Assembly (NCBI RefSeq): GCF_001194135.2
Contig: NC_068984.1
Coordinates: forward strand, 15,042,895 to 15,106,894
Reading direction: 5' to 3'
DNA from: Octopus bimaculoides
Taxonomy: Eukaryota
DNA length: 64,000 bases
Within the stretch, counting starts at the first letter, position 1. Each line of letters starts with the position of its first letter. The notes under the pieces are model-generated. The model did no database searches. It had not been told where the DNA came from and saw nothing but the letters and a program-made list of their open reading frames with translations. Shown one piece after another: positions 1 through 64,000 of this stretch. Both the position numbers and the translations under genes were made by a program.

Positions 1-59
<59 letters not shown>

Positions 60-998
60 AAGAGAGAGCTGTCTAAGAAACCATATGTCAGAAAAAATAT
101 GCACTCCTATGTTTGTGAATACAGAGAGTATGTTAATCACAGTATACAGTATTATAGATCCATTTCAACCAATCGGTTTCACACTGGGTATTAGACTACC
201 AGATATTAGATAACAGTATGGCTAACCAACAACAACGTGCTCTGAAGAGCATATAGTGATGGTTAACCATGCTGTTATCTGATACCCAGTAAAATTGGCT
301 GAAACGTATCTATAATCCTATATACTTGATTCACATATGTTTGGTGGAACAAACCGGAGACTGACAACTTAATACATAAGAATATATTTTATTCAGCTGT
401 ACAGTTACATAAGTGACCCAAGAGACGAAAGGCTTGTGCATTGCCTTTATCAAACTAACTAGTGAGATAAACGTAATGCATGAAGCCCACAGTCCTTGAG
501 TCACTTACGTAACTCTGCAACCAAATAATTTATGTATGGCTGTCTCATATATATATATATATATATATATCATCATCATCGTTTAACGTCTGCTTGCCAT
601 GCTAGCATGGGTTGTATATATATATATATATATAACTTGACAGACAGACTGAGACACACAGACAGAGGGAAAAGACAAAATAAACAGATAGGTAACTGAA
701 CAGTTGTAGGTAATACAGTAGATGTAGAAAGCTGGTGATTCACTCTGCTTCTATCTGGAGTTTACCATTTGATGCAATCCTCCAAGCTTCAATATGAATT
801 ATTTGTTAATGTCATCTCTTCAAGGATTGTAACATGCAAGAAGCTTTAAGTTTAGATGGAGTGAATTCTCAGCTTCGTACAATACATATCTATATAAATG
901 TGTGTGTGCGTGTATATACACATATACATACATGTGTGTATATTACGCATATGCATACTCAGGTGTACACACACATACATACATATATGTGCATATAA

Positions 999-1371
999 AT
1001 ATTTATATAAAGGGCATTATTACAGAAAATAATAACGCCACTCAGTGGACTTCTCAAAATAACCACATTTAGTACCTAATGCGAGGAAAAAACAACCAAC
1101 AGAAGACGACCAACTTTCTTTTAAATAAACTTAACTGTGTATCGGCCGATTTCGCGATTACTAGAATGAATCTAGATTTCGTTCATCAGCACATCTAGAT
1201 TCATTCTAGTAATCGCGAAATCGGCCGATACACAGTTAAGTTTATTTAAAAGAAAGTTGGTCATCTTCTGTTGGTTGTTTTTTCCTCACATTAGGTACTA
1301 AATGTGGTTATTTTGAGAAGTCCACTGTGTGGCGTTATTATTTTCTGTAATAATGCCCTTTATATAAATAT
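999..1371. repeat. Long near-perfect inverted repeat (179-bp arms, 15-nt spacer), probable Penelope-type fold-back insertion
   Basis: 999-1177 is the reverse complement of 1193-1371 with three substitutions seen; spacer ttcgttcatcagcac. Confidence 0.92.
1136..1193 (-). ncRNA. Type I hammerhead ribozyme-like motif (family 2)
   Basis: Minus strand reads UGUG-CUGAUGA-A-CGA..CUAGA uucau UCUAG..UCG-C-GAAA-UCGGCCGA-U-A-CACA. Stem I is UGUG/CACA and stem III is the palindrome AUCGGCCGAU. Pair 10.1-11.1 is A.C instead of G-C. Confidence 0.7.
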
Positions 1372-1487
1372 AAACGAATAATTATATTCTTGGGAATAGA
1401 AATTTCCCATATGAATTTTTTTACACACTGGCTTCTTGATAAAATTCTTGTAAAAGAGTTTTATTCCTTTTTGAATTTATTTATGTG

Positions 1488-1540
<53 letters not shown>

Positions 1541-1604
1541 CTTATTTCAGCTATGAGTGTTAAGGGAACATACACTTAATATAGATAACTACATATTTAT
1601 ATAA

Positions 1605-1653
<49 letters not shown>

Positions 1654-1790
1654 ATAAAATCAGATGTACATATGTGTGTGTGTGTGTGTATTCAGGAACT
1701 GAAAATAAGAGAGTGAGGCAAAATAAGGTGGGGTTTCCCAACTACAGCAAGAGAATTAGATAGATGAAGTGAGGGGAGAGAAAGCAAGAG

Positions 1791-1833
<43 letters not shown>

Positions 1834-2674
1834 GAGAGAAATGACAAATGTTGTTACTGAAAGTGATAGACAGAAGGTGGTTGAGAAGAATTTGATACAC
1901 CAACAACAGAAATAGATGATACACTAAGCGTATGACACATATTATCACCTGACCAAAGAGAAAGTGCATACTACGTTTCACGTGACCAACAGACAAATTT
2001 AGAAAACACCATGTTATTTTTGTCTATCTCTTTTGTTTTTATGGTATGTCAAAGCTATAATTATCATCTGATGTTGCTTATATACATTAAAGAAATGTAA
2101 GAAAAATATTGGGAAAGAAAAAGAAAATAGTATTGGTCCAGTGTTGATAAGGGCCTCCTAGTGACCCCATAAATCTTGTAAATAATATATATTTCCTTTT
2201 CTTTGATGATTGCTTGTTTTTTTTTTTTTTTCTGTTTGCTTTTAAAGAAATTTGAGAGCCAAAGAAAAACAAATATAAAAATAAATTATGTATGTGTATA
2301 CATGTTACTTGTATTCGTGTTCGTCAGGATTTCCAGATACTCAATGTTCTTGCATGCACACGTACACACACGTGTGTGCATGCATGATGCATGTGTGTGT
2401 GTGTGTGTGAGTGTGTGTGTACAGAATTTGTGCATGTTGAATGACAGAAGAAGGAGAAAGAAGACAGAATTGCTGAAATGAATTTCCAAAAAATTTCTTT
2501 GGATAGATTTGAGAGTGAAGCTTAAATTTCTATAGGTCAAAAGGCCAGGATATTTTAAAATATCAATGACGTATTTGAAAGACTTGGCACATTTTGGAGA
2601 GTTAAGAGTAGTTTGTCTTGAAGGCAATGTTCCCATCTGCTCTCAGCGGTTTAATAATGTTCAGGGTATGGTAG

Positions 2675-52218
<49,544 letters not shown>

Positions 52219-53829
52219 GTTTAAGTTTCTTAGCAACTGCAAAATAAATAAATGCAGTAGTGAATAAAACACCATAAAAAAAGCAAAAACCAAACAAATA
52301 ATCAAGCATTCAATACACGTTTCATCAATCAAGCAAAGTTAAACAGATCAATAACTGGCAGCATTTTTGCACACTGTAATTTCTCTCACCAACATAGTTA
52401 TGGCGAACGTCAGAAAATTCAACCATAAAACTTCCAAAACTATACAAATATACAGCAATGTGTTCATGCTCAAAATAACAATTACCAATAAAATTTGTTC
52501 TTTTCTAATTGCTTTTAATTTGAAAACATTATTAGCATTTCCCCCCCCCCCCAATCATTGTCCTTTTTTGTGTTTTAATATCCACTTTTCCTTACTTGCC
52601 AGATGGAGTTTATTGAGACAGATTTTCTACAGTCGAATGCCCATCCTGTCACCAACCCTTACCTCTTTCCAAGGAAGATCATATTTCTCAATTGTCAGGT
52701 ATGTTTCCACAGGATATTGGAAATGAATGACACTGCTTGTATGATGGTGACACTCATTTACACCTGTTACTCTATATAAAGTCAAGGAGATAAAAACATA
52801 CACAAACTCACAACACACACATATACATACATACATTCATACAAACAAACAAAAATATCCTGTTGTTGATGTTGAAATTCCAATGAAGGAACCTTAGATC
52901 TATGTTAGAAACCGGATCTTTCTCTATTGGCAAGAAATTTTGAAATAAACTGAATAATGACATACATGTAGCATTGCTGTTCACGCACAGGCATCATACA
53001 CTCTGCCTTTCACTCTGAGGAAGGGCATCCAGCTGTAGAAACCTTGCAAGATCAGACTGCCAGTCCTCAATCAAACCATCTGCATAGAAAGCGGATGTTA
53101 AATAATGATAAACAGCTAAACTTTCCCCGAATGGTTGAGACTGAATACCTGTGCACGGTTGACTTCAAGTTAAGCAACACTACCCCTACCACCTATGAAA
53201 TCACCTACATTATTAGCTATCTCGTCCATTGTGTCCAACCCATGTAAGAATGAAGAAAAATAAGGACATAAAACGACAATAATAATGATGATAATGTATT
53301 TCATTTCACTGTCTTTACTTAAATAATCTATTTATGGTTAAAATTCCATTGTCACCGTCTTTCTATAATTTTTCATCTTCTGCTTGTCAGATATTAAAAG
53401 AAAAGAAATTGCATTATGCCATAACACATTGTGAGACTTACAACATTATATAATGAGAATATAATGCTTTCTATATACCATTTATCACTGAAATATTGGC
53501 TTTCTCTGGTTGTCAAAGTCAAAATATTTAGTTTTATAAGCCAAGAGGTGAAGCAGACATTTTATACAATATATTCAATAGTGAAAATCAGTTCATACAT
53601 CTTTCTATTTCATCCCCACCCCAACTGCCATAAATTTTGTGTGGCTGTGTATTTGTACAGTCATGGCAGCTATAGTTAAGAAGCTCACTTCTTAACCACA
53701 TGGTTTTGAGTTCAATCTCACTGCATGGCACCTTGGGCAATGTGTATTCTGCTATACCTGAAGACCAACTAAAGTATTTTGAGTGGATTTGGTTGGCAGA
53801 AACTAAAAATAGCCTATTACATACATATA

Positions 53830-54445
53830 TAGGTGTGGCTGTGTGGTAAGAAATTTGCCTCCTAACCACATGTTTTCAGGTTCATTCCCACTGTATGGCA
53901 TCTTAGGCAAGTGTCTTCTACTTTAGCCTCAGGCCAAGCAAAGCCTTGTGAGTTGATTTGGTAGATGGAAACTGAAAGAAGCTTGTTGCATGTGTATGTG
54001 TGTCTTTGTTCTTGCCCCCACCACTGCTTGACAATTGGTGTTGGTGTTATTTCTTGACTACTAACAAGGGGCTACACACAGAGGGGACAAACAAGGACAG
54101 ACAAATGGATTAAGTCGATTATATTGACCCCAGTGCGTAACTGGTACTTATTTAATCGACCCCAAAAGGATGAAAGGCAAAGTCGACCTCGGCAGAATTT
54201 GAACTCAGAACGAAGCGGCAGACAAAATACCACTAAACATTTCGCCCAGCGTGCTACCGTTTCTGCCAGCTTGCCGTCTTGGTGTGTTTACATCTCCATA
54301 ACTTAGCAGTTAAGCAAAAGGGAGTGATAGAATAAGTGCCAGGCTTTAAAAAAAAATAAGTACCAGGGTCAATTTGGTTGAGTGAAATTCAAGGCAATGC
54401 CCCCCAGTATGGCCACAGTCTATTGACCGAAGCAAGTAAAAGATA
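53830..54445 (+). mobile_element. SINE family A containing a nested family B SINE (54048-54278, minus, TSD ttggtgt)
   Basis: The family A body is split at ttggtgt (54041-54047 and 54279-54285). Confidence 0.8.
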
Positions 54446-54446
54446 G

Positions 54447-54480
<34 letters not shown>

Positions 54481-57098
54481 ATGCGCGAGTGCATATATGT
54501 GTGTGTATTTATGAAATCATATTTCCCATGGGTTCATTGGTTTGTAAACAATGGCTTCTTGATGGTGTCCTTTGCTTTCAGTCCAACCAAAATGCATGTC
54601 TGGCCTCCTTCACAAATTGCACCATCTTTATAAACAGAAGGCTCACTCATTCAGAGATGTTTCTTTCTAATTCTCTGTGTAAGACATGTCCAGGCTGTCA
54701 GTTATTCGATAGACTGGGAGATTATTATTTTGCTTGGAAATAAGTGGATTCTAGTAACAGGAAGAGCATCTGGATACAGAAAAACTCTACCTCGATGCAC
54801 ACACGTCTGTCCTATGCAAGCATGAAAAGGTAAATGTTAAAACAATGATGATGGTTTTTCTTTCATAAATCTTGTTTAGAATCTAGATTTTATACTGATG
54901 CACCAAAATATTTATTACCTTGGATTCTGTTTCCATGAGACAACGTGACTGGCTTTGGAACAGATAAGAACGGTTGACAAATAGAATTTGATAATCTTTT
55001 TTATTTTCATTCTTACATGAATCTCTTTCAGGATCCTTTGATCCTCTTCAAGTCATAATTGTTTTTTGTTTTGTTGTTTTTCTACCAAACCTAATATTTT
55101 TTTTTCTTCGGTTCTCAACAAACAGCTTTAGCAGCAATGAATGCACAAACCAAGTTAACCATATGAGAGGAGTCATGACTGTTGGCATTTCAGAAATCAA
55201 TACTTTTATTACAAATGTATTTTGGACTGTCCCCGTTTTAATACAAGAAACAAATTAAAATGCATTAGGTTAAAAAAAGAAACATGACTCGAATCTATAA
55301 ATGAGTCAGGTGATATTGTATAAAAAGTCTTCTCTCATAAAATAAAAACTTGCTTGCAGGTTATGTTGTTTTGACGAACCATATTCTAAAGAACACAAAA
55401 ATTATACTTTCTAGGAAGAAAATGTAACGAAATACTAAAATTTTATAGCCTGAGTAGTTTTATTACTGTAATCAAGTGAAACCCTAAAATTTGAAGTTTG
55501 CTTATAATATTTTAGAAGACAAAATGGGCATTACTAAATATAACTTTCTGAGGAAATTGGAGGAACATTACAAGATTAGAACGAAGTAAAGCAAAAATTA
55601 TTTTTAATAATTGTAAAAATAATTAAGTTTTATTTATAGTACACAGTTTGCAGATATGCAAATCATTTAGAAAAATGAGTTCAAACTTTATTTTTTTCTA
55701 ATTTAATTTAGCAATAAATATTGTGTTTTTTTACATTTGAGATACAGAGTTAATGAGAAAAATACTGAAACCAACTTTCACTTATTTGGAACTAGTAGAG
55801 TAGTTGATGGTAAGAAAGATATCCAGTTATAGAAACCATGGAATGTATGAACAAAACAGATTCTGCAAGCCATACTGCAGGTTATATGATTAGGAGGACA
55901 GTAACTTCAAATAAGAACTAACAGAAGGCTGAGGGGGCTCTTTAACCCTTCCATAGGGATCAATTGGTTTAGTTCTGGTAACATGATAAAATACATGCAG
56001 TCTACACTGTAATCTATACAAAACAAAAAAGCATATCAGTTTTCTTTGTGGCTGTGTGTGATAGAGGATGAAAACTACAACAGAAGAGACAGACCTATCT
56101 AACTCATGCCAGCATGGAACAACAAATATAATGAAATGATGACAATAAAGAAGAGGAGGAGGGGGAGAGGGCAGAGGAGGAGGGTAACAACAGCAATAAT
56201 AATGGCAACAAGAGTGATGATCAAATAAATAATATTCTAGTCATATTAGTCAGCAGTATCAATAATATTTCCTAATTGTTATATTGGTATAAAAATGAAA
56301 TTCCTTGTTCACCAATTTTCAAATTTGAAATTTTAATTTTTTTTTAAACTTTGCATAAATTAAGTTTTTGATATCAACCAATCACATTATTTGAAATGGC
56401 TTAAACCAAACATGCGTAAACTATGGAATGACTTTAATAGTTTAGCATTCAGATTACTCTGTCAAATGTAATGCTTGTTTATTCACATTGTTTCAAATTA
56501 ATCATGCATTATCTTGCAGCTTTGAGATTCCAGTGGTGTCACTGTTTATTTTCAGAATGACATTGTAGGTAGATGTGAAAGGTTGGATCTGGCAGGTTTG
56601 AACATAAAACAGGTGGAATATTTGGGTTGGTTATGGCTGGTTTAAATGCTAAATGGTTACAGTAGTCTTAGATTCTACTTGATATTAATTTTAAGGGATA
56701 ATTTTAATTCTATGGTTATATTATTACAAAAATATGCAAATCTTTCATATTGAAAACTAGACAATATTTCTGACACTGCAGGTGTCATAACAGATCTTTC
56801 TCCATCTAAGCTCCAGTATATTGGAAAATTCTTTCTTATTTCTTTATTGCCCACAAGGGGCTAAACATAGAGGGGACAAACAAAGACAGACAAAGGGATT
56901 AAGTCAATTACATCAGCCCCAGTACGTAACTGGTACTTAATTTATCAACCCCGAAATGATGAAAGGCAAAGTCGAACTCGGTGGAATTCGAACTCAGAAC
57001 ATAACGGCAGATGAAATACCACTAAGCATTTTGCCCGGCATGCTAACATTTCTGCCAGCTCACCGCCTTCTTGGGATATTCTTGGAATATTCTTTCTG

Positions 57099-57328
57099 TT
57101 AACCCTTTCTTCACCCACCCAGCTGAAACCAGCTTTGGCTCTGTAAAACTAATGTTTTGTTTTCATAAGTCTTGAATTAAAATCTTCCACCAAACCTTAG
57201 TCACAATTTATGTTCCTAACACTAGCTTAATGATAACCAAGTTATTTTATTAAATCCTTTGTTATATTTAAAATTATTTGAAAGAAACTCAGAGCATCTC
57301 AACAGAAATATGGTAATGAAAGGGTTAA
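57099..57328 (+). mobile_element. Solo piggyBac-like MITE
   Basis: TTAACCCTTT...GAAAGGGTTAA; same family. Confidence 0.85.
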
Positions 57329-58249
57329 TGTTTGGTTATGTCACTCAATATATTCAAATGTCATATGGTGTTCATGTCGTTAAACCCTGAATCAGCCCTG
57401 GCTGAGAAGACCTATGATCATAGGCATTCCAACCATGACTTGTCCATTTTTCATTCTTGAACTACATAGTCCAATATGTCCTTCTCTTTTTAAGGTGGTG
57501 GGTGTGATTTGAATGGTATTTAGCTGGTATTTCTAGCTGGACAAGCAACCATACAGAAACTACCTCGTTAACTGAAAACATCACACGAACCACCTATAAT
57601 TTCTACCTATTTGAGAATCAAAATCAACTGCATTCAGGCATCATTCTTTTGATCTCAAGTGAATTCTGTTTCTTCAAAAAGCTACAAATCAATCATTCTA
57701 AGATAAGTAATATTGGTATTCTATAAATATATTGTTATTTAGTCATTGAAAAACATTCTCACTAGTTCAAAATACAAAACAAAAATGGATAAAAACAGAG
57801 ACATTTTCCCTTACTATGTTGATTTCAGATATGAGATCAACTTATAGAATTAAGATAAAAAATTTTATCTGAGTTTCAGTTAATTTGTGACAAACTCTTC
57901 TAGTTCATTGTGTGTGTGGAGGGGGCATGCCCATGTGTGTGCACATGTTTGCAAGCACTTCCTAAACCATATAGACTAAGAGATATAGTTTCTGTTTTTG
58001 AGGTGTGTTACATAAACAAGAAATACTTCAAAAAGTTTTATTCAGCAATTCAAGTCTTCCGCCATTCCTGTTGTCATATTTTTTCTTCTTCTTTTTGACA
58101 GTGGAGCCAACACATGTACACTGAGGTTGAGATTACACACATACACACAACTGCACTAAAGCTGATATCAGATTCAAAACATATTAGAGATAAACATACA
58201 TGCACCATGTTGACATTACACACAAAGATATATGTGCACTGTGGTTAAT

Positions 58250-58870
58250 ATTATGTTTAAAACAAATATCGGTAAGCTGACAGAATTGTTAGTACACCAG
58301 GCGAAATGCTTGGTGGTAATTTTGTCTGTCTTTACATTCGGAGTTCAAATTCCACCGAGGTCAACTTTGCCTTTCATCCTTTTTGGAGGTCAATAAAATT
58401 AAGTACCAGTGAAATACTGGGGTATATGTAATTGAAAAGAATATTGTGTTTAAAACAAATATTGGTGAGCTGACAGAATCGATAATGAGTTGGACAAGAT
58501 GTTTAGTCGCACTTCTTCTGGCTGCTTATTTTCTGAGTTCAAATTCAGCCAAGGTCAACTTTGCCTTTCATCCTTTCAGGGTTGATAAAATAAGTACCAG
58601 TAATCGACTTACTCGCTCCCTGAAATCGCTGGCCTTGTGCCAAAATTTGAAACCAATATCAAGGCAGCGAGCTGGCAGAATTGTTAGCACACTGGGTGAG
58701 ATGTTTAGTGGCATTTCATCCATCTTTACGTTCCGAGTTCAAATTCTGCTGATGCCGACTTTGCCTTTCATCCTTTCGGGGTCAATGAAATAAGTACCAG
58801 TGGAACAATGGGGTTGATGTAATTGACTTAACCCCTTCCCCTAAAATTACTGGCCTTGTAACTTGGAATA
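58250..58870 (+). mobile_element. Three head-to-tail family B SINE copies
   Basis: The head and core repeat three times (about 58250, 58445 and 58660). Confidence 0.8.
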
Positions 58871-58879
58871 TTTTTGATA

Positions 58880-59571
58880 AAAAAAACAGTCAATATAGGC
58901 ACAAACTTTGCAAGAGACAAGCACACACCTGTACATCATCTATGCTAAAAGGCAAACTTTTGGATTCCACAAAGTGATAAAAATCAATGGATGCTAGGAT
59001 AGTAAAAGCAATTATAAAACTATGAAAGAGAAAATCGTGAAGAAGCAAAACTAATTCTGAAGGAAGCAGCAACAACAGCATTTTCTCTTCCAGGGTTATG
59101 TATAATATGTCAAAATTGTATTCAGACAATTCCATTTGCCAACATACCAGTTTATTATTTCTAACCTTTGATGAAAGCTGGTTTTTGAGAATAAAAGTAA
59201 ATAGCTGCATGATTTGTTAATAGTTGAAAAGCTTTGGCAATTAATGTTTCCCCTTTCTGACACTTTCAATGGTGGGTAAGGCTTTCCAGTGTAAGCAAAA
59301 GTGTTGCAGTTATGTCCTTGATAAATAGGACAATTATTTTGCTGCCACCATGGAGGTATCAGTTCAAAGTACAAATATTCCAGATTCATCAACTCTTCTA
59401 AGTGTAGCCTTGAGAACAAAGACTTGCTGCTATTAAAATCACATTTTTGTGATTCTGTTAAAAGGTTAATGGGAAATTGATGAAAATAGCTTTACATTAT
59501 CTGAATCCACCTGGAATATTATGAGAACATTACAAGCAACCTTTAAAGTGATATTATTATTAGTATTATTA

Positions 59572-59611
<40 letters not shown>

Positions 59612-59720
59612 GAGAGTGATAGTGCCTCAATGCTTCTAACCTTTCTGGATCTAGCTTTAGAATTCTACAAGAAATTTTATATCCCAGAAAATGGATAGTT
59701 TGCATGTTATATGTACACAC
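58880..59720 (-). mobile_element. Ty3/Gypsy pol remnant (end of RT, RNase H, integrase Zn-binding region) interrupted by (TAA)n
   Basis: IHFLGYKI...LDPERLEAL, TDTS, TIESVRK, KVRNNKLVCWQMELSEYNFDILY, FYHFVESKSLPFSIDDV; multiple frameshifts. Confidence 0.8.
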
Positions 59721-61059
59721 TTATTTCCTTCCAAATATTAAACTTATCTAAATTTTGGTTTATGTTCCTCTATATTTCTTCAACATATGATCATATCATC
59801 AATATTAGAAAATATCTTATTTAAACGATTAGCAGTTATTATGTTATCAATTATTCTTTGAGAGGTAACTACAGCATTCCTCAACCCAAAAGAAATTTTT
59901 ATAAAACTGACAATTTTCCATTATTTTTAAATCATGCTGCAACAGGGTTGATCATCGATATACACTGTGACTTAGGCCTGTTTAAAGTCAAACCGGCTCA
60001 AAAAAATTATATTTTGAGATGTTATTTGCCAAAGTTAAAATTAAAGTTAATGGATGTTCATTTGGAGAAGCTGATTAACTACTCAGGAGTAAGGTAACAG
60101 CATTTTTAGTTTATTAGAATTTTTCAGAATTAGAATTTGGACACGTCATGGAGAAACATTCCCCCTGTTAACTCCCCTTTCAGTAATGCATGGCTTAGCT
60201 TAACAATTTTTCTCAAAACCCTTAAACATTTGAAGAGGGTCTATAAGCATACAAGTTGTTAGTCCTCAAATTGAGAATGCAGGTACCAACTGCCTGAGAC
60301 CATTCTTGGTCCTATGATATAAGCATCCTCTTTTGAAGTTATCTAAATTAAAATATTTCATCAAAGTTTCTGGTTAACTCATGTTCCAAAAACAAGTTAA
60401 ATGAGTGGAAATCAAACCAGAATTAATTGAAAACAAAAAGCAGAGCATTTCAACTGAAACAGTAACAAAGGAGTTAATATTCACGCTTTCGTTAAGCACC
60501 ATAACACTTTGAGTAATACAAATAAAAGATCATCCATTGTTGAAAATTTGATATTATCATTTTAGATATTGTCATTAAGAATAACAGTATAGTTACAAAT
60601 AGCAAAATCTTGAATTACTTTCTTGTGTGTTTAGGAAGCAATAGTAATTGTAACAGTAGATTTAATATGTAATTTCATATTAATGATAAAATGCCATGCA
60701 AATAAAACTTCCAGTTTTTTCCTGAATGAAGTGAGGTGTCAACATTTATATTATTTATTATAGTTGTTAAGGCAGTGAGCTAGCAGAAACGTTAGCACAC
60801 CGGGTGAAATGCTTAGCAGTATTTCGTCTGCTGCTACATTCTAAGTTCAAATTCTGCCTAGTTGCAAATGAAGGACACCACTGTGTGATGGTGATGCTCG
60901 TTTACAACTAGTACACGTTATCAAGACAAGGAGACACAAACATATATATATATTGAGTTGGATTGGATTGCTCTTGTTCAGTCCACTGCAGAACAAGGGC
61001 CTCAGCAGGTTCTCTTCATCAGAGAATGGCTTGAGATCATACTGGTTTGATGAATCTAC

Positions 61060-62620
61060 TCTGTCACATGGCTCGACATGACTCGGGCAGAGGGATGCAG
61101 TTTTGTTTTTTTATATATTCACACTCAGTAGTTAAGGTCAATTACATCATCATCATCATCACCATTGCTTTATCTACCAAGGTACTGTCAATTCAGGAAG
61201 CTGTCCATCAACTGGGTCAACTGGACTCTCCTCCTCCCATTTATTCTCTACATTCAGTAGTCTTTCATAATGGCATTTCCAAGCCTCTTTCTTTGCAAAA
61301 TCACTAAATGCAAATGTACCATCATCCATGTGGACACATTTCTCTCTTATGACATCACAATTTTTCTCACACAGTCTTGCAATCCGGAACACTTTGATTC
61401 TTTGGTCCTCATGTCACTGATCATAGGCAAACTTCCTCTTTCTGCTTCTCCCTTGACTAGATATACCTGTCTCCTAGCTTACCTTCTGGTTATCTGATAC
61501 AGTTCCTTGCTACCCCCACTTCTCCAGATCTTCCAGTCCTGTTTCTTTGCTCTAATGGCCCTATCCATGGCAAAGTTCCACCACTATGTTACCCTAGGTC
61601 TGGTTGGGATTTTGCACCACCCACAAATTTGGTCTGTGGCACTCAGCAAGCTGTCCCACAGGAATTCCTGGTTGCCCTCTATGTCACAAGTTTGTAGCTC
61701 TTCCTCCCTCTCATCAAATTTCTCAATTAGGATGTCCCTAAATCTCTGACCATATGCAGGGTCCTTAAGCTTCCAAATCCTTCTTTTGCAGATTGGTCTG
61801 CTTCTTGGCATCCTACTAGCCTGGAATCTAAAGTCACTGATGACTAGGCTATGCTGGTGGGTACATCCTTCACCAAGGAGGGTCTTTGTATTTAAGAGCA
61901 ACCATGCATCCTGCTGCCTGGTGAGAATGTAATCAATCTGGCTAATGTATCTACCTGATTGGTAGGTTATCAGGTGGCCGGTCGAGTTCCTGAAGTTGGT
62001 GTTGCAGATCAATAGGTTATTTGCGTCACAGAACTCGAGTAGCCTTCTTCCCTCTTTGTTTTGGGAACCAATTCTTTGGCACCCATGTACACCAAGGAAA
62101 ATACCGAGCTACCATCCAACATGCCCATTGAAATCCCCAGCCACAAAGATGAGATCCTTGTCATTCATCTTAGAGATAGCCTAAAGATGAATATCATAAA
62201 AGTGGTCCTTCTGTTCATTTGGTAGGCCTGCTTGTGGGGCATAAGCAGAGACAATTGACACTATGCTATTTTGCAAGACTTGCCTGAGCTTAAGCACTCT
62301 ACTGCACAATCTGACCACCTTCTATGACCTTATCCATCAATTTCCCTGTTAGAAGTATTCCCACACCACCTACCCCATCACTATTACCTTCCCAGAAGAT
62401 TTTATATCTATGTGTCTTCCCTGTGAGGAACCTGGCTGAAGCTCCTCTATACCTTACCTCTTGGATACAGCATACGACGACATGCCTCCGTTCAAGCATC
62501 TCAACAATCTTGCTAGACCTACCTTTCAATGTGCCTACATTGAGAGTGCCAACCCTGAGAACTGGGAAAGGGGCACTGGGGTGGGGGTAACATGGGCAGG
62601 AGAGATGGTATTGGGCACTT
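61060..62620 (-). mobile_element. RTE-clade LINE, apurinic endonuclease region and linker, decayed
   Basis: LRVGTLNVGTL..., CCIQEVRYRG, GVGGVGILL, VSAYAPQ, AGDFNGHVG, LLEFCDANNL, SQIDYIL, WKCHYERLL; stops and frameshifts present. Confidence 0.92.
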
Positions 62621-64000
62621 GGTAGACAAGAAATACTTCTAAAAGTCTGTTTCAATAATTTGAGTATCTCATTATTCCTGATGTTTTATTATTTGACTGT
62701 CAAACTGAAACATACACACCATGGCTGATATCACATTTAAAACATTACACATATACAAAAGACAAACTTCACATCTCATAACATGGTGGGCTTCAAAAAC
62801 AACAACGGAATAAACAAAATGAGAAAAACTATTTTAATAGTCTTACTTTCTTATCTCCATGCATGCATAAGCAAATGATTAAAGTGACTTTCTTTTATAG
62901 TATGAATCATGAATTTAACTGCCAAAACAATGAATTCTTGATATTTATGCTTAACATTTTTGTATTATTTCTATTTGTTATTAAATTCTCATTGCACTTT
63001 TCATATTATGCTATTATTTATGTACTTTACTTTAATATGTTGTTATATGAATAATTTCCCTAATGAAATTTCCTCTATATCTGACTGAGAAAGGATTACA
63101 GCTGTCTCCAGCCACATTTTTCAGCCCTATACAGATGCTTGTAAAGCATCTGTAGTAATATCTTCATTGTTTAGAACTATGCCAGCACTGGTGTGATCTA
63201 ACCATGACCATCATGTCCTTTTTTGTTCAAACATTATATCAAAAACCACATTATCAAACTTGCTCTTTTTAAAGATACTGAAGTATGATATGAGGGAGAA
63301 CCGGATGCTATTTCTAGCAGGTTCAGTGACTTACTACAAGTTAGGGTCTTTGTAAAAGCTTATCTATTCAAACTGCTTTGTCAAAGCAAAATTGTTTAAC
63401 AAAATAGTCATTAGTTGATCACATTTATATGAATTCAAGAAAGCACAGAACTAAATATACAGCTTTTTACCCTCCTGTGTTCCCATGAATCTCTTGAGAC
63501 TACAAATCTGCATCTGGAAAATTTCTCTCCGAGGGGCAGGCCTAGACAAGATAACAAGACATTTGTTTTTTTTTTTATGGAAGACTAGCAGTTGTTCATG
63601 TATGCCTTTTCCACATGTCTGATGTTGTCCATGGAATGATAAGAGCCAATACAACATGGTGCCAGTATAGTTGCAGATATTACTGTCAGTATTGCAAAGA
63701 ATCCAGAATAGACCACCACCAAGTATTCCATGAAATGCTCTAACAATTTTGTCATTCTGCTGCCCTAGAATGGTATGTTATGAATGGATCCAAAAATAAT
63801 CAAAGGCAAATTTAACTTTGGTAGGATTTTAACTCAGAGTGCAGAAACTAGAGACAAATAAACATTCTAGCTGACACCCAATCAATTCTTCGGTGGGGGG
63901 AGGGGGAGGAGGATTCCACTCAGTATGTAGCTTGCTCAACAGCGAATTGTACATTTTAGAAACATTTCTAGATTTCACAGACCCTAAACTTGCCAATAAT

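Noticed and set aside
63590-63770. Hydrophobic minus-strand frame (MEYLVVVYSGFFAILTVIS...) as a first exon or signal peptide
   Set aside because: It ends in a stop with no good donor, and a better signal-peptide exon with a phase-matched donor exists at 52146-52218.

Overview
This is an AT-rich, repeat-dense eukaryotic window with several N gaps. The repeat landscape suggests an octopus or other coleoid cephalopod; that is inferred from recall of the repeat families, not from a search. One protein-coding gene can be rebuilt on the minus strand from five exons with canonical, phase-consistent GT-AG junctions: 52146-52218, 50785-51050, 34886-35018, 31533-31778 and 2675-3072. These total 1116 nt (371 aa) and encode a signal peptide, one divergent CUB-like domain, a transmembrane helix and a PPxY-containing low-complexity tail. 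The rest is intronic or flanking DNA filled with several tRNA-derived SINE families, TTAA-flanked piggyBac-like MITEs and hAT MITEs. It also holds RTE, R4/Dong-like and Gypsy retroelement remnants, plus mini- and microsatellites. The most striking signal is three fold-back insertions carrying minimal type I hammerhead ribozyme motifs of two families (999-1371, 4985-5653, 15193-15777). The second contains a Penelope GIY-YIG fragment. The third joins a tRNA-like head to the same hammerhead tail and may be a Penelope-mobilised SINE-like element. The first puts a hammerhead motif in the sense of the gene about 1.5 kb past its stop codon.
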